A stretch of 18,416 bases of DNA from a virus, in UHGV virus genome UHGV-0317024. The stretch is one strand, 5' to 3'. The notes under the pieces were generated by a model, which saw nothing but the letters and a program-made list of their open reading frames with translations, did no database searches and was not told the origin of the DNA. The position numbers and the translations under genes are program-made. Every line of letters starts with the position of its first letter. Positions within the stretch are counted from its first letter, which is position 1. Below, in pieces: positions 7,922 to 16,616 of this stretch.

Positions 7922-8223
7922 CAGCTCCTTTTGTCGTTCAGCTTCTTAAATTCATCAGCGCAATAACTGGCGAGTTCTGTCGTTAATTTTGTCAGTTCAT
8001 CCACTGAGGAAATTTGCTTGTGGAATACAGCGCGTTTAACAAGTAAATTGACCACATCAGACAGGAGGTTTAATTCACTCTGATAAATTGCGATAACAGA
8101 TTCAGTTATTTCGCGCTTCTCTTTATCAATACCAAGTTGAATAAGAGACAAATCACCATTTTTCATAACGGCGATTTTTAAGGCGTTATTCAGTAATACA
8201 ACCGAACGAGAACAGGACATCAA
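7918..8223 (-). CDS. Early-operon hypothetical protein, 101 aa (P2 orf81 position)
   Basis: ORF in the coupled series; AT-richer than its neighbours. Confidence 0.55.
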   Translation of the reverse strand: MMSCSRSVVLLNNALKIAVMKNGDLSLIQLGIDKEKREITESVIAIYQSELNLLSDVVNLLVKRAVFHKQISSVDELTKLTTELASYCADEFKKLNDKRSW

Positions 8224-8444
8224 AGCACCTCCCCGCGAGACAATCCGATATTGTGAAATTTTTCCGACTCCTGACTGAGCAGCTCAACTATCTCCACGCG
8301 GGATAACTCCGCCTTTGTGATGTGGCGAATCATGGCGTCAAGATGAGAAGAAAAGCGCGTCGCAGCGTCGGCCTGTGCTTCGGTTCTGGCCTGTTGCAGC
8401 AGTAATGCGTATTTACCGCACTGATTTTCAGAAACTGTATGCAT
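8220..8444 (-). CDS. Early-operon hypothetical protein, 74 aa (P2 orf80 position)
   Basis: ORF coupled to the downstream gene by ATGA overlap. Confidence 0.55.
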   Translation of the reverse strand: MHTVSENQCGKYALLLQQARTEAQADAATRFSSHLDAMIRHITKAELSRVEIVELLSQESEKFHNIGLSRGEVL

Positions 8445-8507
8445 GACTTTCTCCAGGCAAAAAGAAGCCCCGCACGATTAAGTGCGTTAAAAACTCTGGT
8501 TAATTAT

Positions 8508-9014
8508 TTAATGCAGATATTGCTCTGGTTTTACCGACGTCAGAATTGTCGGTGCATACTCAAACAGACTGAATAATTCACGTAATGCACGGAATAAAGC
8601 ATCACGCCAGTAACATGATTCTTCATTAATTCGCCAGTACGGCTGATTGAATTCTTTTTCTGTCAATCCCGCATGCATAAATAAAGTACGACGCTGACTG
8701 ACTGTTAAAAAACTAATATATGCATACTCACTTGCGCCGACCTGACGGCGTTTTGAGAATGCGCCACGCAATTCATCAATTGCACAAACCAGTCGTTCAC
8801 GTTCGACGTCGTTCATTTCTTCAAAACGCATCGTTGCGTGACGCTGTTTTAACTGTGCATGAAAGCAAACCGTTAGCCGTTCGCGCTCCATCATCTGATT
8901 ATAATAATCACATGTATCCTGCCAGCGAGGGACGGCAAGATGCTTGCCAATTATCCGGCGCATAGCTGCTGGCTGTTTTTCAACGAGATTGAGCGTCATC
9001 ACTGTCATTTCCAT
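8508..9014 (-). CDS. B: Replication protein gpB-like (helicase-loading function in P2), 168 aa
   Basis: Size (P2 gpB is 166 aa) and position between cox and the small early ORFs. Confidence 0.65.
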   Translation of the reverse strand: MEMTVMTLNLVEKQPAAMRRIIGKHLAVPRWQDTCDYYNQMMERERLTVCFHAQLKQRHATMRFEEMNDVERERLVCAIDELRGAFSKRRQVGASEYAYISFLTVSQRRTLFMHAGLTEKEFNQPYWRINEESCYWRDALFRALRELFSLFEYAPTILTSVKPEQYLH

Positions 9015-9202
9015 ACCCTCCGGCTTTTCAGAAAGGTCAGAGCCTTTTTTAACGGACTCTGTTTTTTGGTGCGGATAATGATTCCCTTACGCCCCTTACC
9101 GTGGGTGATGGTGAAGTCAATCGCCCTGGGGCTTTCGTTACGCAATAACTGAGCAATACAACGCGGCTCATTCATAATCACAACCCCATCCACAAAAGCC
9201 AT
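9005..9202 (-). CDS. Small early-operon ORF, 65 aa (P2 orf78 position)
   Basis: ORF bridging the cox stop and the B start with short overlaps; no recognisable motif. Confidence 0.35.
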   Translation of the reverse strand: MAFVDGVVIMNEPRCIAQLLRNESPRAIDFTITHGKGRKGIIIRTKKQSPLKKALTFLKSRRVWK

Positions 9203-9465
9203 GCATCACGCTGTTCAACCGGTCGGTTATAAAACGCCTCACGTACAGCGCGATTAAACTCAGGAATGAAAACCCATTTTTCACCGGCACGAGCCTTCGG
9301 TTTGCAAGGATCACGCAATTCAATAATTGGTAATTTATTTGCCTTCACCATTTCACTGACGGCTGTCTTTGGCTTCCCTAATAAATCAGCAAATTTATCC
9401 ACATGAACCGCATCAAGCGGATACTGAATCACATAATTTTCAGCGTCCATATATGGTACCCTCAT
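9178..9465 (-). CDS. cox: Cox-like excisionase and early repressor
   Basis: About 90 aa, first gene of the leftward early operon, divergent from C; C-terminal region resembles the P2 Cox tail (W-L-x-W-x-G-L). The true start may be the internal ATG at 9450 (MDAENY...). Confidence 0.7.
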   Translation of the reverse strand: MRVPYMDAENYVIQYPLDAVHVDKFADLLGKPKTAVSEMVKANKLPIIELRDPCKPKARAGEKWVFIPEFNRAVREAFYNRPVEQRDAWLLWMGL

Positions 9466-9526
9466 AGGATCCAGCCCTTTCTAAACCACTCAAAACCGTT
9501 TAGATGCTGGTTTATTCTCAAATCAA

Positions 9527-9579
9527 TGGAACCTATATAGGTTCCAGTTTTGAGGGAATTTAGTCCCTATATAGGCACC
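9527..9579. promoter_or_regulatory. Immunity switch region (divergent early and repressor promoters) with two operator-like palindromes
   Basis: Perfect 20-bp palindrome TGGAACCTATATAGGTTCCA (9527-9546) and a second copy of the core CCTATATAGG (9566-9575), centres 34 bp apart, in the 121-bp gap between divergent cox and C. Confidence 0.55.
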
Positions 9580-9586
9580 ATGTCAA

Positions 9587-9880
9587 ATGAAATTAAGCGA
9601 AAAGATTAAGGCCTTGCGTGAGGCTGAAGGGCTAAGCCAATCAAAATTCTGTGAAATCATAGAGTTACCGCTAAGCACACTTAAAAAATATGAAGGAGGA
9701 AACTTTGAACCCGGTGGCACAGCTTTGCTAAAAATCACTATGCATCCCACATTCCAAAAATATGCTCTATGGCTTATGACAGATAAAACCGCGCCGGACG
9801 CAGGACAAATCGCACCGGCTCTCGCGCACATTGGGCCAGAGTCAACAGAGTCCAACCACTCCGCGAAAAGGATTGGCTAA
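9587..9880 (+). CDS. C: Immunity repressor C-like (HTH), 97 aa
   Basis: Small HTH protein divergent from cox; the motif GQIAPALAH matches the P2 C repressor C-terminal region as recalled; followed by int as in P2. Confidence 0.8.
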   Translation: MKLSEKIKALREAEGLSQSKFCEIIELPLSTLKKYEGGNFEPGGTALLKITMHPTFQKYALWLMTDKTAPDAGQIAPALAHIGPESTESNHSAKRIG

Positions 9881-9949
9881 CTCTATATAAAGATTACATT
9901 TTCACCATTTGCTACCAAGATGGTGAATACAGCGCCGGAGGGCTTTCTT

Positions 9950-10930
9950 ATGGCAATTAAGAAGCTCGATGATGGTCGCTATGAAGTGGACATTAGACCT
10001 CGCGGTCGCGACGGAAAACGCATCCGCAGGAAATTCGAAAGAAAAGCTGAAGCACTAGCATTTGAGCGATACACAATCGCCAATGCCAGTCAGAAAGAAT
10101 GGGGAGGCCAGCGAGCAGACCGCCGGACTTTGAGTGAGTTGCTGGACATCTGGTGGAAATATCACGGGCAAAACCACGAGCATGGAACAAAAGAGTTTAA
10201 TCATCTACTCAAAACCATCAGCGGCATAGGTGATATACCAGTGAGCAGGATGAGCAAAAGGGCTTTGATGGATTATCGTTCCATGCGACTACGTGATGGT
10301 ATCAGTGCCGCAACGATAAACCGTGACATGTACCGATTATCCGGCATGTTCACAAAATTAATTCAATTGGATGAATTTTCCGGGCAACACCCAATTCACG
10401 GACTGCCGCCACTGGCGGAGGCCAACCCTGAAATGACGTTCCTGGAAAAAGCAGAAATCGAAAAACTGTTAAATGTTTTGGCTGGTGATGACTTACTTGT
10501 CGCGCTTTTATGTCTGAGCACCGGAGGAAGATGGACGGAAGTTGCCACGCTAAAACCAGCACAGATTACAAATTGCAGGGTTACCTTCCTGAAAACCAAA
10601 AACGGTAAAAAGCGAACCGTGCCGATTTCTGAGGAACTGGAGAAAAAAGTTAAAGAGGAGGCCAGCGCCAAATTATTCAAAGTTGATTATGAGAAATTTT
10701 GCGGGATTTTACGCAGAGTGAAACCTGATATACCACCCAATCAGGCAACCCACATCCTGCGGCATACATTCGCAAGCCATTTCATGATGAATGGGGGCAA
10801 TATAATCGCACTGCAACAGATTCTGGGACATGCGAGCATTCAGCAGACGATGGCCTATGCGCACCTTGCGCCTGACTATCTGCAAAATGCCGTCGCTCTG
10901 AATCCACTAAAAGGCGGAGTGACGTTATAA
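9950..10930 (+). CDS. int: Tyrosine integrase
   Basis: Start placed at the internal ATG (MAIKKLDDGRYEV..., the P2 Int N-terminus) preceded by SD GGAGG. C-terminal catalytic region carries R...HxLRHT...Y (HILRHTFASHF, LGHASIQQTMAYAHL). Confidence 0.9.
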   Translation: MAIKKLDDGRYEVDIRPRGRDGKRIRRKFERKAEALAFERYTIANASQKEWGGQRADRRTLSELLDIWWKYHGQNHEHGTKEFNHLLKTISGIGDIPVSRMSKRALMDYRSMRLRDGISAATINRDMYRLSGMFTKLIQLDEFSGQHPIHGLPPLAEANPEMTFLEKAEIEKLLNVLAGDDLLVALLCLSTGGRWTEVATLKPAQITNCRVTFLKTKNGKKRTVPISEELEKKVKEEASAKLFKVDYEKFCGILRRVKPDIPPNQATHILRHTFASHFMMNGGNIIALQQILGHASIQQTMAYAHLAPDYLQNAVALNPLKGGVTL

Positions 10931-10945
10931 ATTTCCCCCTCTGAG

Positions 10946-10964
10946 TGTCCACATAGTGTCCACA
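10946..10964. repeat. Arm-type integrase binding repeats, left arm (TGTCCACA x2)
   Basis: TGTCCACAtagTGTCCACA; this is the reverse complement of the P2 Int arm-site consensus TGTGGACA as I recall it. Confidence 0.6.
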
Positions 10965-11141
10965 CTCAAGAAATTTTGAAACCGCTCCAAACCCTTACAG
11001 CTTTCGATAAGTACCTGTTTTTACTTTTGATTGCATGTAAGTAATTGATAAAAAAAACCCCCACATCATGTGGGGGAAGACAGGGATGGTGTCACAAAAA
11101 AGCACCTAACCTGATGATATAAATGGATTTATATCAAGCAC

Positions 11142-11160
11142 TGTCCACATAGCGTCCACA
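11142..11160. repeat. Arm-type integrase binding repeats, right arm (TGTCCACA x2)
   Basis: TGTCCACAtagcGTCCACA; near-identical to the 10946-10964 copy. Confidence 0.6.
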
Positions 11161-11175
11161 TCGACCATAAATAAA

Positions 11176-11200
11176 GCCCCTCAACTGAGGGGCTATTTTT
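11176..11200. terminator. Hairpin plus T-run downstream of ogr and int; likely bidirectional terminator
   Basis: Stem GCCCCTCA(11176-11183)/TGAGGGGC(11186-11193) followed by TATTTTT on the plus strand and TTTATTT on the minus strand. Confidence 0.5.
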
Positions 11201-11204
11201 GTGA

Positions 11205-11423
11205 TCACATCCACATAATTTGCTGCCCTGACGGCAACGGGTGCGGCCTTACGGCGTGGACTTCTCCCGGCTTCACGATGTATCGCTGTACCGACTCATA
11301 AGTGATGAACGTGGCGCTGCAATTCACGTTCTGACACTGGTGATAACGCTCTTTTGTCGTGTCAGTGATATAGCGGCTTGTACGCGCATGTGCGGCATGC
11401 TGGCATAAAGGACAATGAAACAT
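11205..11423 (-). CDS. ogr: Ogr zinc-finger late-gene activator, 72 aa
   Basis: Starting at the internal ATG gives MFHCPLCQHAAHARTSRYITDTTKERYHQCQNVNCSATFITYESVQRYIVKPGEVHAVRPHPLPSGQQIMWM, 72 aa, matching P2 Ogr as recalled, with the CxxC...CxxxxC zinc finger. Confidence 0.9.
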   Translation of the reverse strand: MFHCPLCQHAAHARTSRYITDTTKERYHQCQNVNCSATFITYESVQRYIVKPGEVHAVRPHPLPSGQQIMWM

Positions 11424-11504
11424 CGCGAGCACCTCTTCCGGTTTTGTTGATGGTGCCATTTTAGTTAATTTGTCCTTATAAAACAAACAGATAAAATAAA
11501 AACA

Positions 11505-12668
11505 TTACTCATCATCTTCTGTTTCGTACTCCACATCAGAAAGCCTGACCTCAAGCTCTAAGGACGTCGTGAAGCCGCGATTATTCAGAAAATGTGTCAC
11601 CTTAGTGATTGTCCAGTCCTGCTCGTCTATGACGCGCTTAAAACCTGACACTTTGACCGGCGTTTCCGTGTAAATATCTGCACGACCGGTAGCCAGGCTG
11701 ATGGAAAACTCCGCAACGCCCCGTTGCAGTTTATCCCACTTCGCCTGAGCGGCGCGCATGGCCTGCGCTTTCGTGGCATATACCGTGGTCAGGGCAAAAA
11801 CATTGTCAGCCTCACCGGCCATGTATTCACCTTCGCGCGCTTCCGGTACTTTTGGCGCTTTCTTCTGCGTGACCGGTTTCGCTTTCGGGTGCTCCAGTGC
11901 GCGCAGGTGTTTCTCTTTCTTTTTGCGTTTCAGTTTTACCTTCTGCTTTTGTGGCTTCGGGTCTTTGGTGTGTAACCACTTTGCCGTTACGCCGGTGTAG
12001 GCTCCACGGTCAGCAATCGCAAAATGATGACGGTCGCCGTCGCTGCGGGTGATGGTAATCTGCGGGATTTTTTTACCGCTGGCCGTCACCCCCTGCCCGG
12101 CTTTGAGAAACAACAGTTTTCCCATTTTTACCGACACCTCACCGCCGTTGCGTTCTGCTAGACGGGTCAGGAATTTCGCATCAGACTCCTGCGACTGATC
12201 GATGTGCGGGATTTTAATTCCGGCCAGTGACGGAGCGACACTGGCTTCCAGCCTGTTACGGGAGGCTATCGCCTCAACAATCGCACCGAGCGTGGTGTCA
12301 TGCCAGGAGCCTTCACGGCGGGAATTGAGCGTGCCACGAAAATCTGCACTCCGGGCCCGGATGGTGACCACATCCGGCGCGCCCCGGTGTTCTACCTCAT
12401 CAACGGTGAATTTCCCTTTGCATACCAGGGCAAAACCTTTCCAGCCGATATACACCGTCAGGACAGCGCCACGAACCGGCAGCCCGACCTGCCCGTCGGC
12501 ATCGTTCAGTTCAATATCAAGCTGGTCAGCCTCAAAGCCCCGGTTATCCGTCAGGGTCATGCTCATCAGACGGCCGCTGATATTGCCGGTAATATCCCTG
12601 CTGTCGAGCATCAGCATGTAATCCGGCGTCAGCGTACTGCCTGCATCAAATGTCAGTGCATCCAGCAT
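11505..12668 (-). CDS. D: Tail protein gpD-like, 387 aa
   Basis: Same length as P2 gpD and same position (last gene of the tail operon before ogr). Confidence 0.85.
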   Translation of the reverse strand: MLDALTFDAGSTLTPDYMLMLDSRDITGNISGRLMSMTLTDNRGFEADQLDIELNDADGQVGLPVRGAVLTVYIGWKGFALVCKGKFTVDEVEHRGAPDVVTIRARSADFRGTLNSRREGSWHDTTLGAIVEAIASRNRLEASVAPSLAGIKIPHIDQSQESDAKFLTRLAERNGGEVSVKMGKLLFLKAGQGVTASGKKIPQITITRSDGDRHHFAIADRGAYTGVTAKWLHTKDPKPQKQKVKLKRKKKEKHLRALEHPKAKPVTQKKAPKVPEAREGEYMAGEADNVFALTTVYATKAQAMRAAQAKWDKLQRGVAEFSISLATGRADIYTETPVKVSGFKRVIDEQDWTITKVTHFLNNRGFTTSLELEVRLSDVEYETEDDE

Positions 12669-13147
12669 TATCCCGCCCCCGTCATACCTGTGAATCTGGT
12701 CGCCAGACTGCCAGCCTTACCGATGAGCGATTCCGCCTGTTTACCGATATCACCATAAAGCGCGGCCAGTGATTCATCAACGCGGGTGAGTGACAGCGTA
12801 AAATCAATTTTCCGGGGTGTGCCGTCTGCAAAGAAAATACTCCCTGTTTCACTCACCCTGCTGATGACATACATACCGTAAATCATGCCAGTGCCATCCA
12901 GCAACGGCCACGCCCGGCCTTCCTCTGCCATCAGCCTGAGCGTGGTCATCGTCAGCTTGCCGCCGGTCAGTTCGGGATAAAGCACGCCGGCAAGCGTGAT
13001 GTTTTCCTCGCCAACACCGAGAAACTGGTAGGCATCCCGTTTACCGATACGGGAATTTGACGGCCAGCGATAATCTGATTCACGCTGCATGGTCTGGTGT
13101 GGCAGCGTCTGGCGCATAAAAACAAACATACCTAACGCGAGCATCAT
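12668..13147 (-). CDS. U: Tail protein gpU-like, 159 aa
   Basis: Same length as P2 gpU; its stop overlaps the D start. Confidence 0.85.
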   Translation of the reverse strand: MMLALGMFVFMRQTLPHQTMQRESDYRWPSNSRIGKRDAYQFLGVGEENITLAGVLYPELTGGKLTMTTLRLMAEEGRAWPLLDGTGMIYGMYVISRVSETGSIFFADGTPRKIDFTLSLTRVDESLAALYGDIGKQAESLIGKAGSLATRFTGMTGAG

Positions 13148-13161
13148 TTTTCGTCACCTCC

Positions 13162-15609
13162 TTAACCGTCATGCATCATGCTGGCACGGGCGCGCGCACG
13201 TTTATCCCGCTCGTATTTTTCGAGCGCATCCTGTAACTGGCGGTCAAGCTGTGTCCCCGGTGCAGTACCACCCGTCAGGCTGATGTGATATTCGTTTTTA
13301 CTCTGGTCCACATAAGAGCGGCCAGCCGGTGCCGTGACCGGCTGATAAGCCTGATAGCCTGCATAAGAGCTGGTCGCCGGAATATAACCACCGCTGCCAT
13401 ACGTGGCGGCTTGAGTTCTGGCGGCGGTCTGGTCAAGTGTGTCTGACTCTTTGTTGATAACACCGAGTTTTTCCAGTACCCAGTCAATACCGCTGCGCAG
13501 TTTGTTGAACGCATTAAGCGGCAGCATCAGCGCGTCAGCCAGTGCCTGCCCGAACATGACCCCCGTGTCACGGCAACGGTTCAGGGTATCCTGAGTGGCT
13601 TTGACCGGGGCAATCAGGTTTTTAAACCACTGCCACGCGGCCTGTAACTTTTCACCCAGCCAGTCAAACACCGGCTTAAGTGGCGTGAACAGTTCCCCCA
13701 CCGGCGCAAATGCCACTTTCAGCCCTTCAACCACACCGCCAAAGAATGCGCTGACAGGCTCCCAGTATTTACGGATAAGCAACGCCCCGGCGACAATTGC
13801 GGCCACCACGACCACAACCGGCCAGCTAATAGCCCCGATGGCGGTCATAACAGCACTGCCAACTGTCGTGAAGATTGCCCCCATTGCGCCTGCTGCCGCG
13901 ATAATGGCATTGATGCCGGTGATAACCGGCCAGGCTACAAGACCAATGGCACCGATGATGCCAGTAAGCGCCAGCGCGCCACCGACAATGAGGCCGATGG
14001 TTGACGCCAGTGATTTGTTTTTCTGGATCCAGCCGTCGAGTTTTAACACATACTTTGTGGCCGTCTGAGTGAGCTTACGCAGTGCGCCTTCCTGCTGGTC
14101 AAACAGGTCAGTCCCCACCGCCTCATAAGCGGACTGAAACTCCTTAAAGTCACCGCCGAGGTTGTCCTGCATGATATTTACCAGTTCTGCGGTCTTTCCG
14201 TCTGAGGCTTTAAACGCAGCGGTCAGTTTGTCCAGCTTTCCGGTTGAGGCGGCAGTCATCAGCACAGCGGCGGCTGAGCTGGCCTCCTCCCCGAAAATGG
14301 TTTTCATGTATTCGGCCTGCTGGGCAGTACCGAGCCGGTTTTTCTCAAAACTGGCCTGCATTTCTTTCAGAATGGTAAATACTGGTCGGGTGTTTCCCTT
14401 GCTGTCTGAGGTTTTCACGCCAAGCTCTTTGAGTGCATCCCATGCTTTTCCCGTTGGTGCCTGCAGGCGGCTTAACACGGCACGGCTTCCCGTCCCCGCC
14501 ATTGAGCCTGTGATTTTTGCATCATGCAGCGCCCCGACCATTGCGGCGGTTTCTTCAATGCTGACACCGGCATTTTTTGCCACAGGTGCGGCATAGGTCA
14601 GCGCATCGCTCATGCCGTCAAAATCGGCGGCAGTTTTGTTCATCGTCATGGAGAGAACATCCCCGATATGAGCGACCTTATCGTTTGAAAGCTGAAAGGC
14701 GGATTTCATCCCCATCAGCAGGGCGGCGTTTTCTTCCATCGTGCGGCGGTTCGCCAGCGCCATATTCAGCGTGACCGGCGTTGCCGCCTGAATGGCATCA
14801 ACATCCCCACCCGCTTTCGCGATGATTATCTGTGCACCGGCCGCATCATCCGCCGAGGCGGCGGTATTGTCGCCGAGCTGGCGCGCCTGCTTGCGTAGTG
14901 CAGCCATTTCGGCGGAGTCTTTTGCCACACCGAGCACAGCCTGCAATTCTGAGTTTTTCTGCGCAAACTCATAACCGGGCATCAGCAACTTAACTCCGGC
15001 CATCGTTCCCGCCGCCGCAATCCCCACACCGGCAGCGCCCACTGAGGCCATATTTCCGGCCAGTTCCTTTCCGGCCTGATAACGCTGTTTTACTGCGTTA
15101 AGTTTTGCCTGTTGTGCACTGACACGCGCCAGTGCGTCGCGCTGACGGTTAAGCTGTGCGGTGGTTTCACTGATACGGTTTTTCAGTCCCTGCTCATCAT
15201 GTGCAAGATTGCGGGTATTAATTCCCACAGCGGCCAGTTCCCGCTGCTGGCGTTTAACGGAATCCGTCAGGCGGTTATATTTCGCCTGTAAGTCCTCCGC
15301 CGCACGCTTTGCGGATTCCAGCACTTTCGCCTGAGCACGGGTCGGACGTTCGGTATTTTTAAACTGTGTGGCAAGGGCTTCGGCCTCCTGCCGAGCCTTT
15401 TCAAGTGCATGACCAGTCACGGCGAGCTGTGCACTGGTCTTGCGGAATCCCTCAATACGGGATGCCTGACCGTTCAGCTCGCGCAGTGATTTTTGTGTTT
15501 CCCGGATATCCCCCGACAGCGATTTGCTCGCTGTGCGGATGGATTTAAACGGGCGGGATGCCTGGTCAACAGCCCTGAGCAATACCTGTAATTTTACATT
15601 GTTACTCAT
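13162..15609 (-). CDS. T: Tail tape measure protein gpT-like, 815 aa
   Basis: 815 aa as in P2 gpT; N-terminal coiled-coil-like region, Ala/Gly-rich hydrophobic central segments and a long helical C-terminal part typical of tape measure proteins. Confidence 0.9.
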   Translation of the reverse strand: MSNNVKLQVLLRAVDQASRPFKSIRTASKSLSGDIRETQKSLRELNGQASRIEGFRKTSAQLAVTGHALEKARQEAEALATQFKNTERPTRAQAKVLESAKRAAEDLQAKYNRLTDSVKRQQRELAAVGINTRNLAHDEQGLKNRISETTAQLNRQRDALARVSAQQAKLNAVKQRYQAGKELAGNMASVGAAGVGIAAAGTMAGVKLLMPGYEFAQKNSELQAVLGVAKDSAEMAALRKQARQLGDNTAASADDAAGAQIIIAKAGGDVDAIQAATPVTLNMALANRRTMEENAALLMGMKSAFQLSNDKVAHIGDVLSMTMNKTAADFDGMSDALTYAAPVAKNAGVSIEETAAMVGALHDAKITGSMAGTGSRAVLSRLQAPTGKAWDALKELGVKTSDSKGNTRPVFTILKEMQASFEKNRLGTAQQAEYMKTIFGEEASSAAAVLMTAASTGKLDKLTAAFKASDGKTAELVNIMQDNLGGDFKEFQSAYEAVGTDLFDQQEGALRKLTQTATKYVLKLDGWIQKNKSLASTIGLIVGGALALTGIIGAIGLVAWPVITGINAIIAAAGAMGAIFTTVGSAVMTAIGAISWPVVVVVAAIVAGALLIRKYWEPVSAFFGGVVEGLKVAFAPVGELFTPLKPVFDWLGEKLQAAWQWFKNLIAPVKATQDTLNRCRDTGVMFGQALADALMLPLNAFNKLRSGIDWVLEKLGVINKESDTLDQTAARTQAATYGSGGYIPATSSYAGYQAYQPVTAPAGRSYVDQSKNEYHISLTGGTAPGTQLDRQLQDALEKYERDKRARARASMMHDG

Positions 15610-16029
15610 TCGTGTTTCCGCTTCGCCGGAGCGCCTTTTCGCGCCATGTGATGAGTTCGGTCAGGCTCATGGGATACAGTTCTGATGGCGGCCAGTGAAA
15701 TATCACTGCCACATCCGCCATCAGGTCATCGACCGACAGATTTTTCGGAAACGTCACTGCACCGAGTTCGGCGACAAAAAACCGACCACCTTACCGGCCA
15801 GCGCCACAAGGTCAGGCAGTTCCAGCGCGGCGACTTCCTGCTCGGTCAGCATCGGTGCCGTCATGCGCGGCAGCACCTTAATCAGTGCATCGACTTCAGA
15901 GTTCGCGACCTCTGCCAGACTGACACCGCGCAGCGTCCCGGCATTGGGTTTCATCAGCGTGACCTGTTCGATAACCTGCTCACCACGTTTGACCGGATTG
16001 TCCAGGGTAATGACATTTTCTTTGTTCAT
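15602..16029 (-). CDS. E': Tail assembly chaperone E+E', made by -1 programmed ribosomal frameshift at TTTTTTG (plus-strand 15775-15781)
   Basis: Hand translation of the -1 frame after the slippery site gives an open extension (...FVAELGAVTFPKNLSVDDLMADVAVIFHWPPSELYPMSLTELITWREKALRRSGNTNE) ending at TAA 15602-15604, overlapping the T start by 8 nt. This is the P2 E/E+E' arrangement. Confidence 0.75.
15754..16029 (-). CDS. E: Tail assembly chaperone gpE-like, 91 aa
   Basis: 91 aa as in P2 gpE; ends ...VGFLSPNSVQ with the slippery heptamer T-TTT-TTG eight codons before the stop. Confidence 0.85.
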   Translation of the reverse strand: MNKENVITLDNPVKRGEQVIEQVTLMKPNAGTLRGVSLAEVANSEVDALIKVLPRMTAPMLTEQEVAALELPDLVALAGKVVGFLSPNSVQ

Positions 16030-16085
16030 GGTTTTCTCACTTCTGAATCGGGGTTAACCGGTCAGCCTGGCTGACCGGATGAAAA

Positions 16086-16604
16086 TCACAGGCCGATATT
16101 GCGGCGGTGTTGCTCCAGCCGGTCGACGCCGTTCACCTTCTCAATCATGTTGATGGTGTCAATTTCGACCAGCTCCTTACCATCCATCGTCAGCCGGAAA
16201 TAGGTGCAGACCACGGAGATTTTCGACTCGGTGTCTTCTCCCTGTTTCCCCTCGCCGGTGTCGATTTCTTTCTGACGGCCACGCATGACCACCTCGACGG
16301 CCACCGTTTCGCCGGTATCGTCGCGCTGGTAAGAGCCGGCAAAACGAATCGGCACGGCATCCACACCGGTTGCGGCGTAAAGCTCCCAGATAACCGAATC
16401 CGGGAAGCCCCCGAGCGACCACTCCATTGACAGCGCATCGTCATCAAGGCCGAGGTCTACCGGTGCGCTGCCGTTCATCCCCGCACCGCGATAGTTTTCA
16501 AGCTTACGGGTCAGTTTTGGCAGCGTGACGGACTTTGCAACGCCCTGATAGCTGTAGCCGTTCAGAAAGACGTTCATTAACTTGAGTTTGCGCGGCATTG
16601 CCAT
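16086..16604 (-). CDS. FII: Tail tube protein gpFII-like, 172 aa
   Basis: Same length and position as P2 FII. Confidence 0.9.
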   Translation of the reverse strand: MAMPRKLKLMNVFLNGYSYQGVAKSVTLPKLTRKLENYRGAGMNGSAPVDLGLDDDALSMEWSLGGFPDSVIWELYAATGVDAVPIRFAGSYQRDDTGETVAVEVVMRGRQKEIDTGEGKQGEDTESKISVVCTYFRLTMDGKELVEIDTINMIEKVNGVDRLEQHRRNIGL

Positions 16605-16616
16605 CGGTCAGGCTCC

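Larger units (their letters stand above)
10931..11204. other. attP region, apparently intact, between int and ogr
   Basis: 274-bp non-coding gap flanked by int and ogr with paired arm-type repeats on both sides and a central A-run plus hairpin (11050-11076) resembling the P2 attP core architecture. No host DNA is interposed. Confidence 0.6.

Noticed and set aside
13275-14974. Several plus-strand ORFs (60-157 aa) and one minus-strand ORF within the tape measure gene
   Set aside because: Antisense or off-frame ORFs with low-complexity Ala/Ser/Pro/Thr-rich products inside the well-supported 815-aa T gene.
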